64,000 bases of DNA from Candidatus Omnitrophota bacterium (GCA_028716245.1 JAQUQW010000005.1:288-64287), one strand, 5' to 3'; positions 38,996-48,583 are shown, counted from the stretch's first letter. Made by a program: numbers and translations. The notes: a model not told the origin generated them from the sequence alone.

Positions 38996-40603
38996 ATTAG
39001 GCGCGGCGGTTTTCCTTACATAGATATTTATTTCTGTGTTGGGGCGTTCATGCAGATTGAGCATCTGCGTAACGGCTAATTTGCGGTGCCATATAAAATT
39101 ATCAAGCCATTTCAAAAAAGATGATTTTCCTTTGAAGGAAGGCATAAGATAGGATGGCGAAGGAAGAATCTGGGGCCTATAGTGGGTAATTTTCAGGTAA
39201 TACTCATTCACGTAGGGCATTATTTTTAGTTCGCTTTCTTTTTGCATCTCAGTTTCCTTATTCTGAAATCTACCCAAGAGAATAATTTCCGGTTTGTACT
39301 TTTCTAATACGGTTATAAGGTAGGCCGGCCGCAGGTTTTTAGTGAATATTCTTTTGGCGGAGATAACCGCTAGTTCAGGCGGGACCGCAATACCGGCATA
39401 AAAAGCAAAAATCGGCATATCGGTGAATATCCAGCGCACGCTTCGGCGATAACCTGACAATAACTCAACTGTTTTGCGTTCTTCCGCCGTCGTTTTATCC
39501 TTCAGGTCCATGAGCATGCCATTATATTTAAAAGGCAATCTTAGCAAGATCAGGATTATCAGGCTTAAGATTAACCAACGCATCCACCTTTTCTTTTTCC
39601 TCACGGCAAAAAAGCATTCGCTAAAACCAATTGCCGCCAGCCAACTCGCCGGGATTGCAAGAAGAAGATAGTAATACTGCCGGACAGGTTTATAATTAAG
39701 CAGGATGGCCAAAGCCGCCGCCAACCATAAGACCGGGAAAAAAGACCGGTATTTTTTTTCTCTGCAGAGAAGGATTATGCCAATCAGGGCAAGCAGAAAA
39801 ATATCCCAGTCCCGGAACAGCACTTTGTTACAGACAGCAAGAAACGTATCTTGATTATATCCGGGGATTAGCCCTTTGCTTGCAGTATAGTGGGGCTTAA
39901 TTAATTGCTGAATTAACATATAAAAATTAAAATGGAAAAATGTTATAATAATGGCAAAGTAAATCATGAAGGAACTCCCGAGCCACAGCGTAACAGGCAA
40001 AAGGGAGTGATTTCTGTCCTTTAAATTTGTTTTTTCGATTTGAGCTATTTCTAATATAATGAGCGGTATGAGAAAAATTGTAATTAACTTGATTTGTAAA
40101 GAAAGCGCCAGAAGAATTCCCGATAACACTAAAAAGTGCTTTAAATAAAATTTTTTATAAAGATGTATAAAATAAACTGAAAGCATCGCCAAGCTCAAAG
40201 CGGGAAGGTCGTTGGCGATCGAAATACTCAAGCGCAGGTAAGTGGCAGATAAAACTAAAAATATAATTGCCACAAGCGCGCAAAAACTTCCGCGCAGGCC
40301 TTTAACGGTTTGATAAAGCGCCCAGAGAAGCATGCCTGAGAAAACAAATATTAAGGTGCGCCCGGAGGCAACCGACTGGCCGAATAATTTAAGCCAAAAG
40401 GAAAGAATAACCGTCAATAAGGGTGGCTGGTCGCTCCAGATTTCTTTATAAAGAGAAAACCCCTTTAGGAAGAGGGAAGATTTCATCAATTCGTTCCCTT
40501 CGTTGGGGATAAATTCAAAGGTTTCTTTAATGGGAGATTTTACGATGAAGAATAGGGCAATTAAAATAATGAAGAAAAAAATGGCGGGTAAAAAACGACG
40601 CAT
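38975..40603 (-). CDS. GT-C fold glycosyltransferase, ArnT/PMT (GT83/GT39)-like
   Basis: 542 aa, ~12 TM; N-terminal loop ...IPNEGNELMKS (DE-like motif) typical of polyprenyl-P-sugar-dependent GT-C enzymes. Confidence 0.6.
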   Translation of the reverse strand: MRRFLPAIFFFIILIALFFIVKSPIKETFEFIPNEGNELMKSSLFLKGFSLYKEIWSDQPPLLTVILSFWLKLFGQSVASGRTLIFVFSGMLLWALYQTVKGLRGSFCALVAIIFLVLSATYLRLSISIANDLPALSLAMLSVYFIHLYKKFYLKHFLVLSGILLALSLQIKLITIFLIPLIILEIAQIEKTNLKDRNHSLLPVTLWLGSSFMIYFAIIITFFHFNFYMLIQQLIKPHYTASKGLIPGYNQDTFLAVCNKVLFRDWDIFLLALIGIILLCREKKYRSFFPVLWLAAALAILLNYKPVRQYYYLLLAIPASWLAAIGFSECFFAVRKKKRWMRWLILSLIILILLRLPFKYNGMLMDLKDKTTAEERKTVELLSGYRRSVRWIFTDMPIFAFYAGIAVPPELAVISAKRIFTKNLRPAYLITVLEKYKPEIILLGRFQNKETEMQKESELKIMPYVNEYYLKITHYRPQILPSPSYLMPSFKGKSSFLKWLDNFIWHRKLAVTQMLNLHERPNTEINIYVRKTAAPNSPFPAG

Positions 40604-40650
40604 AATGAAATTAATTTTATCCTATATTTATTGTTAGCGCAAGTCCAATA

Positions 40651-41724
40651 ATGAATTACTTAAGATTTCTTTTTATTCTGTCAAAAAACCGGTTGGGGAT
40701 TATTCCTTATCCGTCCCTGGTTACTTTTATCGTTACCTGGAGATGCAACCAGCGGTGTTTAATGTGCGGCATATGGAAAAAGGGGAAAAAATATGAAATG
40801 GCATTAGATGAGATTGGCGGCATATTCAGCCGGTTAAGGCCGTTGGATGCTGTGCGGATAACCGGAGGAGAGCCATTTTTAAGAGACGACCTTACGCAAA
40901 TAATTGACCTTATCGATAAATATACCAAACCCCCGGTAATTCATATTACAACCAACGGCACGTTGACAAAAAGGGTCCTGGATTTTATAAAAAATGTTAA
41001 AAATCCGCAAAATATCCATATAAAAATATCAATTGACGCGCTGAAAGAAGAGCACAACCGGATAAGGGCGGATAATGAATCATACGATAAAGCGATGTTA
41101 ACCTTAACCGAATTATCGGGTTTAAAACAAAAATACGGGTTTTATCTGGGGGTCAATCAAACAATAGTATCACAGGAGTGTTTCAATGATTATCAGGGCT
41201 TAAGGGGGATTTGCAATAAATACCATGTAAAATTATATCCGGTATTAGCCTATTCCAGTCCGCCGCTTTATGCGGCGGATGATTATTCTGACAAAATTCC
41301 GGAAGGATGTAAAACAAGCGTATTGGGGGGTTTTTCTCAACAGCAGATTATAGAGATGTTCAACATATTTGAAAAAGACCCGTCAGGATGGGATAATTTT
41401 GCTGAAAAGATAACCGCCAAATATTATCTTAAAAAAATACGCGAGCATTTATTGCGCGGGAAAAACCATACTCAACCAGAATGCGTTGCTTTGCGCAGCC
41501 ACTTACGTATACTTCCCAATGGCGACGTCCCGGTGTGCCTGTATAATCCCGCAATCGCAGGAAATTTGTTGGCAGAGTTGAATTTTAAAAAATTCTGGTT
41601 CAAGAATAAAAATATTGCAAAATACCGGCAGGATATCCGCAGGTGCCCAGGCTGTTGGGCAAAGTGCGAAGTCATTCCTAACGGGATATATAGCGGTGAT
41701 ATTATCAGAGCCATTTTTAGTTGA
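40651..41724 (+). CDS. radical SAM protein (CxxxCxxC) with Cys-rich C-terminal (SPASM-like) region
   Basis: WRCNQRCLMCGIW cluster near the N-terminus; C-terminal CPGCWAKCE. Confidence 0.7.
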   Translation: MNYLRFLFILSKNRLGIIPYPSLVTFIVTWRCNQRCLMCGIWKKGKKYEMALDEIGGIFSRLRPLDAVRITGGEPFLRDDLTQIIDLIDKYTKPPVIHITTNGTLTKRVLDFIKNVKNPQNIHIKISIDALKEEHNRIRADNESYDKAMLTLTELSGLKQKYGFYLGVNQTIVSQECFNDYQGLRGICNKYHVKLYPVLAYSSPPLYAADDYSDKIPEGCKTSVLGGFSQQQIIEMFNIFEKDPSGWDNFAEKITAKYYLKKIREHLLRGKNHTQPECVALRSHLRILPNGDVPVCLYNPAIAGNLLAELNFKKFWFKNKNIAKYRQDIRRCPGCWAKCEVIPNGIYSGDIIRAIFS

Positions 41725-41739
41725 GTAAAAGGGAGTAAG

Positions 41740-42477
41740 GTGCTTAAATTTTCGGTCATCATCTCGGTATACAATGAAGAACAGGCAGCCGCCCAGCTCT
41801 ACTATTCTTTAAAGAAAGTTATGGATGGATTAGGGCAAGCTTATGAAACTATTTTTGTAAATGACGGTTCAACCGACAAGAGCCTGGATATGCTAAAGAG
41901 TATTAACTTAAGCCCGGCGAATTTAGTCATTGTCGACTTAGATAAACATAGAGGACAATCTACGGCTTTGCAGGCGGGGTTTGATATTTCCCGGGGAAAG
42001 TTTATCATTACCATGGATGGCGACCTGCAGAATGATCCTGAGGATATCCCCCGTATGCTGGATAAGCTGCAAGAGGGCTATGATCTTGTTTGTGGCTGGA
42101 GGCATAACCGAAAAGATCCCCGGATTAAGGTAATTATTTCTAATCTTGTTTCTTTTTTTCTTCGGCTTATGGTAAAGCAGAATATCCATGATTTTGGCTG
42201 TCCCATGAGAATCTTAAAAAAAGAAGCCTTAAAGGATGTCTATTTGTCTAAAGGAATGCATAGATTTTTTACTTTACTAATGTTTAAATTGGGATATAAG
42301 ATTGGAGAAGTTGAAGTGAATCATCGTCCACGAAGATTTGGAAAGTCAAAATACAATATACACAACAGATTATTTGAGTGCCTATTTGTTTTTTTACGCA
42401 TTTCATTATATGATATCCGTAACTTAAGGGAATACCATGAACCGGATTATAAGATTAAGGGGGTAATTAGAAAATGA
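41740..42477 (+). CDS. GT2 polyprenyl-phosphate glycosyltransferase (DPM1/ArnC/GtrB-like)
   Basis: SVIISVYNEE, DGSTDKS, and TMDGDLQNDPEDIP motifs; 245 aa. Confidence 0.8.
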   Translation: MLKFSVIISVYNEEQAAAQLYYSLKKVMDGLGQAYETIFVNDGSTDKSLDMLKSINLSPANLVIVDLDKHRGQSTALQAGFDISRGKFIITMDGDLQNDPEDIPRMLDKLQEGYDLVCGWRHNRKDPRIKVIISNLVSFFLRLMVKQNIHDFGCPMRILKKEALKDVYLSKGMHRFFTLLMFKLGYKIGEVEVNHRPRRFGKSKYNIHNRLFECLFVFLRISLYDIRNLREYHEPDYKIKGVIRK

Positions 42478-42815
42478 AGATTATTAATTTAAGCAAAAAC
42501 GCGGTCTTAGCAGATAAGGCAAGGATGGCGGATACCTTCTGGAAGCGGCTGGTAGGGTTGCTTAACCGCAATTCACTGGAAAAAGGAGAAGCACTCGTTC
42601 TAAAACCGGCAAACAGTATACATACATTTTTTATGGGTTTTCCCATAGATGTCTTATTTTTAGACAAAAATGGAAAGGTTATTGGTTTGTTTCCTGTGTT
42701 TAGGCCTTTTCACATTACCTCTGTTTATTTTGGCGCTTCTCTAGCTATTGAACTGCCCGCGGATACCCTCCGGCTTACTCAAACAAAATTAGCGGATAGC
42801 ATTAAAATCGAATAA
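42474..42815 (+). CDS. DUF192 (COG1430) family protein
   Basis: 113 aa; ...RLVGLLNRNSLEKGEALVLKP.NSIHTFFMGFPIDVLFLD...; 4 nt overlap with the upstream GT2. Confidence 0.5.
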   Translation: MKIINLSKNAVLADKARMADTFWKRLVGLLNRNSLEKGEALVLKPANSIHTFFMGFPIDVLFLDKNGKVIGLFPVFRPFHITSVYFGASLAIELPADTLRLTQTKLADSIKIE

Positions 42816-43065
42816 ATAAATGTCCAATTAAACAATAAATTCCTAAAATAATGTCCAATCTGTATAAAATCGCCCACCAAATGAAAAAATTCATCATAAT
42901 TCAAAAAACCGAATCTTAGATTTATTCTATACGCGAGTCATCCTTAAAAAATTATTAAAAAACCTGGAATTAAGCGAATAAGGGCCAAAAATAATCAGTT
43001 TTGGATTGATCCTTTTCTGCGACTTTAACATCTTGGAAACGCTTTCTTTTGTGAGGCATATCTAC

Positions 43066-43094
43066 TTGACAAGCACTCTTCAGCGTGGTAATCT
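43066..43094 (+). promoter_or_regulatory. sigma70-like promoter of the pilin cluster (TTGACA-17-TAATCT)
   Basis: -35 at 43066-43071, -10 at 43089-43094, just upstream of the first pilin-like ORF. Confidence 0.5.
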
Positions 43095-43098
43095 TTAA

Positions 43099-43365
43099 GT
43101 GCAAAATAAAAAGGTGTTTCTCGACGATAATAAGAGTTTAAGAATGAATTATTTTATGCAGTTTATAATGGCTTTTAAAAAGGCCGATAGAAGCCATCTT
43201 GCGCAAAAAAATTTTTCTGATAAAAAAGCGCAATCAATATTTGAATATGTCATATTAACGGCAGTTGTAGTGACGACTGTTTTAATTTTTGGGCCGTATT
43301 TCGGTAAGATAAAAGATTCTTGTGACAAAGCTTTTAATGCCGCGGTTACGGAGATAGTAAAATGA
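43099..43365 (+). CDS. divergent Flp-type pilin-like protein (true start probably internal)
   Basis: ...KKAQSIFEYVILTAVVVTTVLIF... pilin-like segment. Confidence 0.4.
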   Translation: MQNKKVFLDDNKSLRMNYFMQFIMAFKKADRSHLAQKNFSDKKAQSIFEYVILTAVVVTTVLIFGPYFGKIKDSCDKAFNAAVTEIVK

Positions 43366-43505
43366 GAAACAAAGCGCAAAGCACAATTGAATACGCGTTA
43401 TTAATTGCCATTGTGGCAGCGGCATTTTTGGCGATGAATGCGTATATGCAGCGTTCGGTACAGGCAAATTTTAACGTAATTGAAGAGCAGATAAATGCGC
43501 AGTAA
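43362..43505 (+). CDS. Flp-family pilin (47 aa; below the ORF-track size cutoff)
   Basis: MRNKAQSTIEYALLIAIVAAAFLAMNAYMQR...; ATGA overlap with the upstream gene. Confidence 0.6.
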   Translation: MRNKAQSTIEYALLIAIVAAAFLAMNAYMQRSVQANFNVIEEQINAQ

Positions 43506-43526
43506 TTAGAAGGAGGGAGGTTAAAG

Positions 43527-43694
43527 ATGCGTAACAAAAAGGGCCAGAGTATCTTGGAGTACGTGATTGTATTAACCGTCATAGTTATAGCGGTTGCTCT
43601 AGCGGCGACCAAGTGGATTAAACCCGCGGTTGATCAGGGATTAAATGATGCTTCAAAAAGTATTAATAATGCTACAGGGCAATTGCCAAAATAA
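43527..43694 (+). CDS. Flp-family pilin (55 aa) with canonical G/XXXXEY site
   Basis: MRNKKG|QSILEYVIVLTVIVIAVALAA...; RBS AGGAGGGAGG. Confidence 0.7.
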   Translation: MRNKKGQSILEYVIVLTVIVIAVALAATKWIKPAVDQGLNDASKSINNATGQLPK

Positions 43695-43717
43695 TTATTT
43701 TAGGGGAGGTGAATAAG

Positions 43718-44071
43718 ATGTTTAACAAAAAGGGCCAGAATACAGCGGAATACGCGATACTTATCGCGTTGATAATCGCGGCAGCAGTGGGAATGCAGAC
43801 TTACGTTAAAAGGGGCTTACAGGGAAGGGTGCATGAGGCGGTTAGGAATACCGGCCAGGCACTACCAGATGTGGGAGGTGCCAGTTTGAGTTTTAGCGGC
43901 AACCAGTATGAACCGTATTATACTGAGTCTGACACAAAAGTAAAAAGCGCCAGAACTGCTCAGGAAACACTGGGTAACCGCGGCCAGATTACCCGCTCTA
44001 ACGTACAAGAAGCAACCACGGTTGATATTGGAGGAACTGAGAAAGTCAATAGCACAGCCGGAGCTGATTAA
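43718..44071 (+). CDS. Flp-type pilin with ~80 aa C-terminal extension
   Basis: MFNKKG|QNTAEYAILIALIIAAAVGMQTYVKRGLQGR...; RBS GGGGAGGTG. Confidence 0.65.
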   Translation: MFNKKGQNTAEYAILIALIIAAAVGMQTYVKRGLQGRVHEAVRNTGQALPDVGGASLSFSGNQYEPYYTESDTKVKSARTAQETLGNRGQITRSNVQEATTVDIGGTEKVNSTAGAD

Positions 44072-44084
44072 GGAGGTGAATAAG

Positions 44085-44429
44085 ATGTTTAACAAAAAGG
44101 GCCAGAGCACATTGGAATACGCATTGATAACCGCGGTGATAATTGCCGGGCTTTTACTGATGCAGCATTATATGAAGCATGGTTACGCCGGAAGATTGAA
44201 ATCAGCCAGTGATGATATCGGCGAGCAATATGACCCTAGCAAATATAATGCAACATTTAACGTAACCAACAAGAGTTATACGCAACAGACTGCTACAGGC
44301 GGAGCCACAACCCAACAGTATCTTGATTTAGGCGATGGTTCTAATGCTGGTAGGGTGCAGAAAAAAGAGAGTGTTGCCAACGAAACGATTGATGCCTGGG
44401 GCCAGAATGAGAGCTTGTATAGTAAATAA
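44085..44429 (+). CDS. Flp-type pilin with C-terminal extension
   Basis: MFNKKG|QSTLEYALITAVIIAGLLLMQHYMKHGYAGR...; RBS AGGAGGTG. Confidence 0.65.
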   Translation: MFNKKGQSTLEYALITAVIIAGLLLMQHYMKHGYAGRLKSASDDIGEQYDPSKYNATFNVTNKSYTQQTATGGATTQQYLDLGDGSNAGRVQKKESVANETIDAWGQNESLYSK

Positions 44430-44763
44430 AACAATCGGGATACGCAGGGCGCAAAGCGTAGCTGAATATAGCGTTTGTTTGGCACTAGTTTTAGCCGCGC
44501 TTTTGGGGATGCAGATTTATGTAAAAAGAGGCTTGCAGGGAAGATACAAAGAATTGGTTGACCAGGCGGCTAAACAGGCCGCAAGCGCGGCTCAATTGGC
44601 TACAAGCCCGAAACAATATGAGCCGTACTATGTTCAGGACAGATTTAGAGTCAGCCAGTCTAAAATAACCAATGAAACTAGCAGTTCCCCCGGCAAAATG
44701 AATCGGGATTTTGTTGAGGATAGCACGGCAGTTAAAGGCACAGCCACAAGGGATGTGCAATAA
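44407..44763 (+). CDS. Flp-type pilin-like protein with C-terminal extension (start uncertain)
   Basis: ...IRRAQSVAEYSVCLALVLAALLGMQIYVKRGLQGRYKE... Confidence 0.5.
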   Translation: MRACIVNKTIGIRRAQSVAEYSVCLALVLAALLGMQIYVKRGLQGRYKELVDQAAKQAASAAQLATSPKQYEPYYVQDRFRVSQSKITNETSSSPGKMNRDFVEDSTAVKGTATRDVQ

Positions 44764-44764
44764 A

Positions 44765-45940
44765 ATGCGTAAAAGAGCCCAGAGCATAAATGAATATGTG
44801 TTGGTGATTGCCCTAGTTACCTTAGCTGGTATAGGTATGCAGATTTATATTAAACGGGGCATACAGGGTATAGTGAAGACCTCTGCCGACAGATTAGCCG
44901 GTGAAAAAGGAGATTCAGTTGTGTATACGGGCAGTGCCAAAAGCATTTTACCCCGTGCGCAGTGGAATCCCGTTGCCATCGCGTACGCGGATAATAAGCT
45001 CAACGGCGGATTTTTTGTGGCTGAGGTAACCGGCAACCAAGTTTATTATAATCTTTATTCCGATAGCAGCAACCTTAATAATAAAACAGTTATTGGCGGG
45101 CAGGACTTAGCCAGCGGTGATTTTACCAGTTATGACTGGGAGGGTTATGTTGACGCGGTTTATGATAAAAACGGCAATTTAATTCAGAGTTTTACTCCCA
45201 AGCAGGCAAGGGCTGACTATGCTCCATATGAAATACTCTCATTAAATACTGCGGCGAATAAATCCATGGTCCAAAGTGGAGTGATGGAATTAGGCCTGGT
45301 TGCCTTTGACCAGAAAGATCATCCGTTGAAATTTACGGCGGACAAAAAAGTTATCGTACATACTGTTTCAAAGCATAGCATCAGCCCGCAAAATTTAGCC
45401 GCGGCGAATTGGCATCCGGCGATGACAGCGTATCAGGTGAAAATGGTACAAAATAATATTCCAGGATTTATCCAGGCAGAAGTGCAAGGCAATATGGTCT
45501 ACTATTATACATTCACCACCGATATCAAAAACAAGATACTTTTCGGCGGAGAGAATCTGCACACGGGGGATTTTACCCAATTCGGACCGGATGGTTTTCC
45601 CATCTCAACCGTAGATAGTAATCTCACTGTGCTCAGGACCTACAGCGGTTATGTAACCGATCCGGTAACCAAGGAGATTACGGGTATAATCGGCAGCGAC
45701 GGCAACATTTATGGGCAAAACCAGATAGTAACAATAAGCCCGGTGCTTCCAACCACTGGCCCGGCAACGGTTGCTTCTCCGATGACAACAAAGACCATCG
45801 ACCATGACACGACTCATGTTACCGGAGCATGGACCGCGGTTTATAAATTGGAAAACGCAAACACATTCGGCGCTAGGGACAAAACCGGTTTAAATAATAA
45901 TAATTTAAATGCTGGTAACAACGTGACGGGGCACCAATGA
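44765..45940 (+). CDS. giant Flp-type pilin (391 aa) with duplicated ~130 aa C-terminal repeat module
   Basis: MRKRAQSINEYVLVIALVTLAGIGMQIYIKRGIQG..., then two homologous blocks (...FFVAEVTGNQVYYNLYSD...GGQDLASGDFTSYDWEGY... / ...FIQAEVQGNMVYYYTFTTD...GGENLHTGDFTQFGPDGF...). Confidence 0.6.
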   Translation: MRKRAQSINEYVLVIALVTLAGIGMQIYIKRGIQGIVKTSADRLAGEKGDSVVYTGSAKSILPRAQWNPVAIAYADNKLNGGFFVAEVTGNQVYYNLYSDSSNLNNKTVIGGQDLASGDFTSYDWEGYVDAVYDKNGNLIQSFTPKQARADYAPYEILSLNTAANKSMVQSGVMELGLVAFDQKDHPLKFTADKKVIVHTVSKHSISPQNLAAANWHPAMTAYQVKMVQNNIPGFIQAEVQGNMVYYYTFTTDIKNKILFGGENLHTGDFTQFGPDGFPISTVDSNLTVLRTYSGYVTDPVTKEITGIIGSDGNIYGQNQIVTISPVLPTTGPATVASPMTTKTIDHDTTHVTGAWTAVYKLENANTFGARDKTGLNNNNLNAGNNVTGHQ

Positions 45941-46326
45941 TAACACGGGTTAGAAAACACAGATTAAACAAAGCAAAGGCGCAATCGACATTAGAATACG
46001 CCGTAGTCGTTGCCTGCGTAGTGGCAGCGCTTTTAGGTATGCAGTTTTACATCAGGCGGGGAATACAGGGGAAATTAAGGCAGGCAGCGGATGAGACCGG
46101 TGAGCAGTATACGCCGTTGAACGTGGATTCGAATATTACCACGCAAACAACGTCGACTACAACGGTAACGCAAAGTTTAACTCCATTAAACAGGGCGCCC
46201 GGCGTTCCTTTAAATGATGAGTATGATTTACCTGTATACGGAATAAAGACAGATACAAGTATTGATGAAACCACTACAAAAGACGGACAAGAAACATTAG
46301 GAGAGTTTGAAAATGGCTTATTTTAA
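45937..46326 (+). CDS. Flp-type pilin with Thr-rich C-terminal extension
   Basis: ...KAKAQSTLEYAVVVACVVAALLGMQFYIRRGIQGK...TTQTTSTTTVTQS... Confidence 0.6.
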   Translation: MITRVRKHRLNKAKAQSTLEYAVVVACVVAALLGMQFYIRRGIQGKLRQAADETGEQYTPLNVDSNITTQTTSTTTVTQSLTPLNRAPGVPLNDEYDLPVYGIKTDTSIDETTTKDGQETLGEFENGLF

Positions 46327-47326
46327 TAAAAAGGCGCAGAGTTTGACTGAGTTAGCTACTTTTGGCTCGGTACTTTTATTGGTGCTCTCCTTTTTTATCA
46401 GTTATGGGATGCGTTATAATTACCAGCAGGAGATACAGATGCGCGCTTTTCGCACCGCCCTTGCGCAGGCCTATACTAATACCAACCGGCCGGATGCCTC
46501 AGCTTCGGTTGTGTTGGTTGATGATAGGCATATACCGGATCCCCGCGATATGTTTGGCGCGGGTAGTATCGTTCCGGTGGAAGGCGGCGCTGAGGTAACC
46601 TGGGGCAATACTATGCAGGATGGATATCTCAATGTTACCAATCCTCCGCTTTTGCCCACGATAAAATACGTATTTAATGATCGGAATCCTGCAAACAGAG
46701 CGGAACGTGAATATAAAACCGCCGGTTATAATTATATTGATAATGCTTATCCATTCTATGTTATATTGCCTGGTAATACCGCGCCACAGTTAATAACCTG
46801 GGTAAATGTAAGGAATTACCAGCCTACCCCGGATTCGCCGCAACAGGCTATGGTATTGTTACCGAATCAAGATAAAGAGGTAATTACTGAGCTTTATTTG
46901 AAGACGGCGGGCCCGACGCCGGGATATATAAAATTTCAGATTATCGGAGTCAGGACTAATCCGCCCAATGGCGGTGATGGGACGCCCATTGACCAGATAT
47001 ATTTATTAAGTCCATCTTCAGGAGAGATCAACCCTAATTATATGCAATTAAATAATGATGTTGATATGAATGGTACTCCCGATGTAACTCCTGCTAATAT
47101 TCAAGGGCTATTATTGGAGGATAAGCAGGATATCCGGCGCAGCGGAACTATTACAATACAAGAGACTCCCGGGAAAACTATAAGCACCAGCACATACAGT
47201 TTTAAGGATAAAGCCGGGAATCCCACGACAATTACCCATAAAATTAGGAGTAGTTCAGGGGTGGAAGAGATTAATTTTCCTTTTGAGAGGGGAGGTGTTC
47301 CTTCGACATGGACAACACAAAAGTAA
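46313..47326 (+). CDS. TadE/TadF-like pseudopilin (339 aa)
   Basis: MAYFNKKAQSLTELATFGSVLLLVLSFF (TadE-like N-terminus), then a large periplasmic domain. Confidence 0.55.
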   Translation: MAYFNKKAQSLTELATFGSVLLLVLSFFISYGMRYNYQQEIQMRAFRTALAQAYTNTNRPDASASVVLVDDRHIPDPRDMFGAGSIVPVEGGAEVTWGNTMQDGYLNVTNPPLLPTIKYVFNDRNPANRAEREYKTAGYNYIDNAYPFYVILPGNTAPQLITWVNVRNYQPTPDSPQQAMVLLPNQDKEVITELYLKTAGPTPGYIKFQIIGVRTNPPNGGDGTPIDQIYLLSPSSGEINPNYMQLNNDVDMNGTPDVTPANIQGLLLEDKQDIRRSGTITIQETPGKTISTSTYSFKDKAGNPTTITHKIRSSSGVEEINFPFERGGVPSTWTTQK

Positions 47327-47565
47327 AAGCCCAAGTTGCGCTTGAGTTTGTCACCGCTTTTATTTGCACCATTCTTTTCTTGGTGGCAACCGCGCAAATA
47401 TTTGTCTGGTTCGGAAACACCATCGTTAACCGGAATAAAGCGTATGAAGAGACTCGCGCTGCACAGTGGCAATGGTTTAATCAGCCCGGTGATCCAATTA
47501 ACCCGGTGATAGTGGATTTCTATAATCAAAGCGATTATCCTCTAGATATATTCCATAAGAAATAA
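47308..47565 (+). CDS. TadE-like small pseudopilin
   Basis: MDNTKVKAQVALEFVTAFICTILFLVATAQIF... Confidence 0.5.
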   Translation: MDNTKVKAQVALEFVTAFICTILFLVATAQIFVWFGNTIVNRNKAYEETRAAQWQWFNQPGDPINPVIVDFYNQSDYPLDIFHKK

Positions 47566-47568
47566 AAA

Positions 47569-47739
47569 ATGAAAAAAAAAGGGATGAGCGTGGTAGAATA
47601 TAGTTTATTGATTGCCATAGTGATTGCCGGACTTTTGGCAATGCAGGTTTATGTTAAACGGGCGGTTAATGGACGCTGGAAGGAAACCGGAGATGTGTTT
47701 GGTTTTGGCAGGCAGACGGATAAAACGCTTCTAAAATGA
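47569..47739 (+). CDS. Flp-family pilin (56 aa); A9 homopolymer in codons 2-4
   Basis: MKKKG|MSVVEYSLLIAIVIAGLLAMQVYVKRAVNGRW...; ATGA overlap with tadB. Confidence 0.7.
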   Translation: MKKKGMSVVEYSLLIAIVIAGLLAMQVYVKRAVNGRWKETGDVFGFGRQTDKTLLK

Positions 47740-48581
47740 GACTACTAATTATCTTGCTTATTTTCGGATCGATCGGCGGTTTGGCCTATGAATTAATTCC
47801 CCTGCTTTTAGGCCGCTATTCTCAACTCCAGAGTAAACGCATGGAGAAAGCCTCCAAAGAGCTGCATCAGATGTTTATTTATACCGAAAAACACCGTTTA
47901 CTGCCGATGTTTACGATTACGCCTCTGGCGTTGGGCGCGCTGGGATTCATTATTTCGCATAACCTGCTGGGTGTTTTGGTGGGCGCGGGACTGGGTTTGT
48001 TATTGCCCCGGATATGGATTAAAAATGTTGGGCGCAAAAGGCAGAATGATTTTGCCAGGCAGCTGGTAGATGCGCTTATGCTTCTTTCCAGTTCTCTTAG
48101 GGCAGGGATGAGTTTACCCCAGGCATTTGAAGTACTTACCGAAGAGATGCCCGCGCCAATCAGTGATGAGTTCGCCTTGGTGATCAAAGAAAATAAAATG
48201 GGCGTGACTTTAGAGGATTGTTTGGCGCATCTCAAGCAAAGGATTCCCCTGGATGATTTGGAATTATTGACTACCGCCATAAGCATTTCCCGGGAAACCG
48301 GAGGTGACTTGACTGAAATTTTCGCCAACTTAGTGCAGACCATCAGGGAAAAAAGAAAATTAGATGACCGGGTAAAAGTACTGACTGTGCAGGGCCGCCT
48401 GCAAGGGGCGATTATGGGGCTTTTGCCAATCGCGTTCGCGATTTTCATTTATTTCATTAACCCGCACAATTTTGACATAATGTTTAGTGATAAAACCGGC
48501 CAGATGCTGCTTGTTTGGGCGGTGGTTTCCGAAGTAATCGGGGTAATCCTTATCCGGAAATTAAGCCGGGTGGAGATATAA
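47736..48581 (+). CDS. tadB: Flp pilus assembly inner-membrane protein TadB (T2SSF domain)
   Basis: 281 aa, TM-cytoplasmic domain-TM topology, T2SSF-like. Confidence 0.75.
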   Translation: MRLLIILLIFGSIGGLAYELIPLLLGRYSQLQSKRMEKASKELHQMFIYTEKHRLLPMFTITPLALGALGFIISHNLLGVLVGAGLGLLLPRIWIKNVGRKRQNDFARQLVDALMLLSSSLRAGMSLPQAFEVLTEEMPAPISDEFALVIKENKMGVTLEDCLAHLKQRIPLDDLELLTTAISISRETGGDLTEIFANLVQTIREKRKLDDRVKVLTVQGRLQGAIMGLLPIAFAIFIYFINPHNFDIMFSDKTGQMLLVWAVVSEVIGVILIRKLSRVEI

Positions 48582-48583
48582 AG

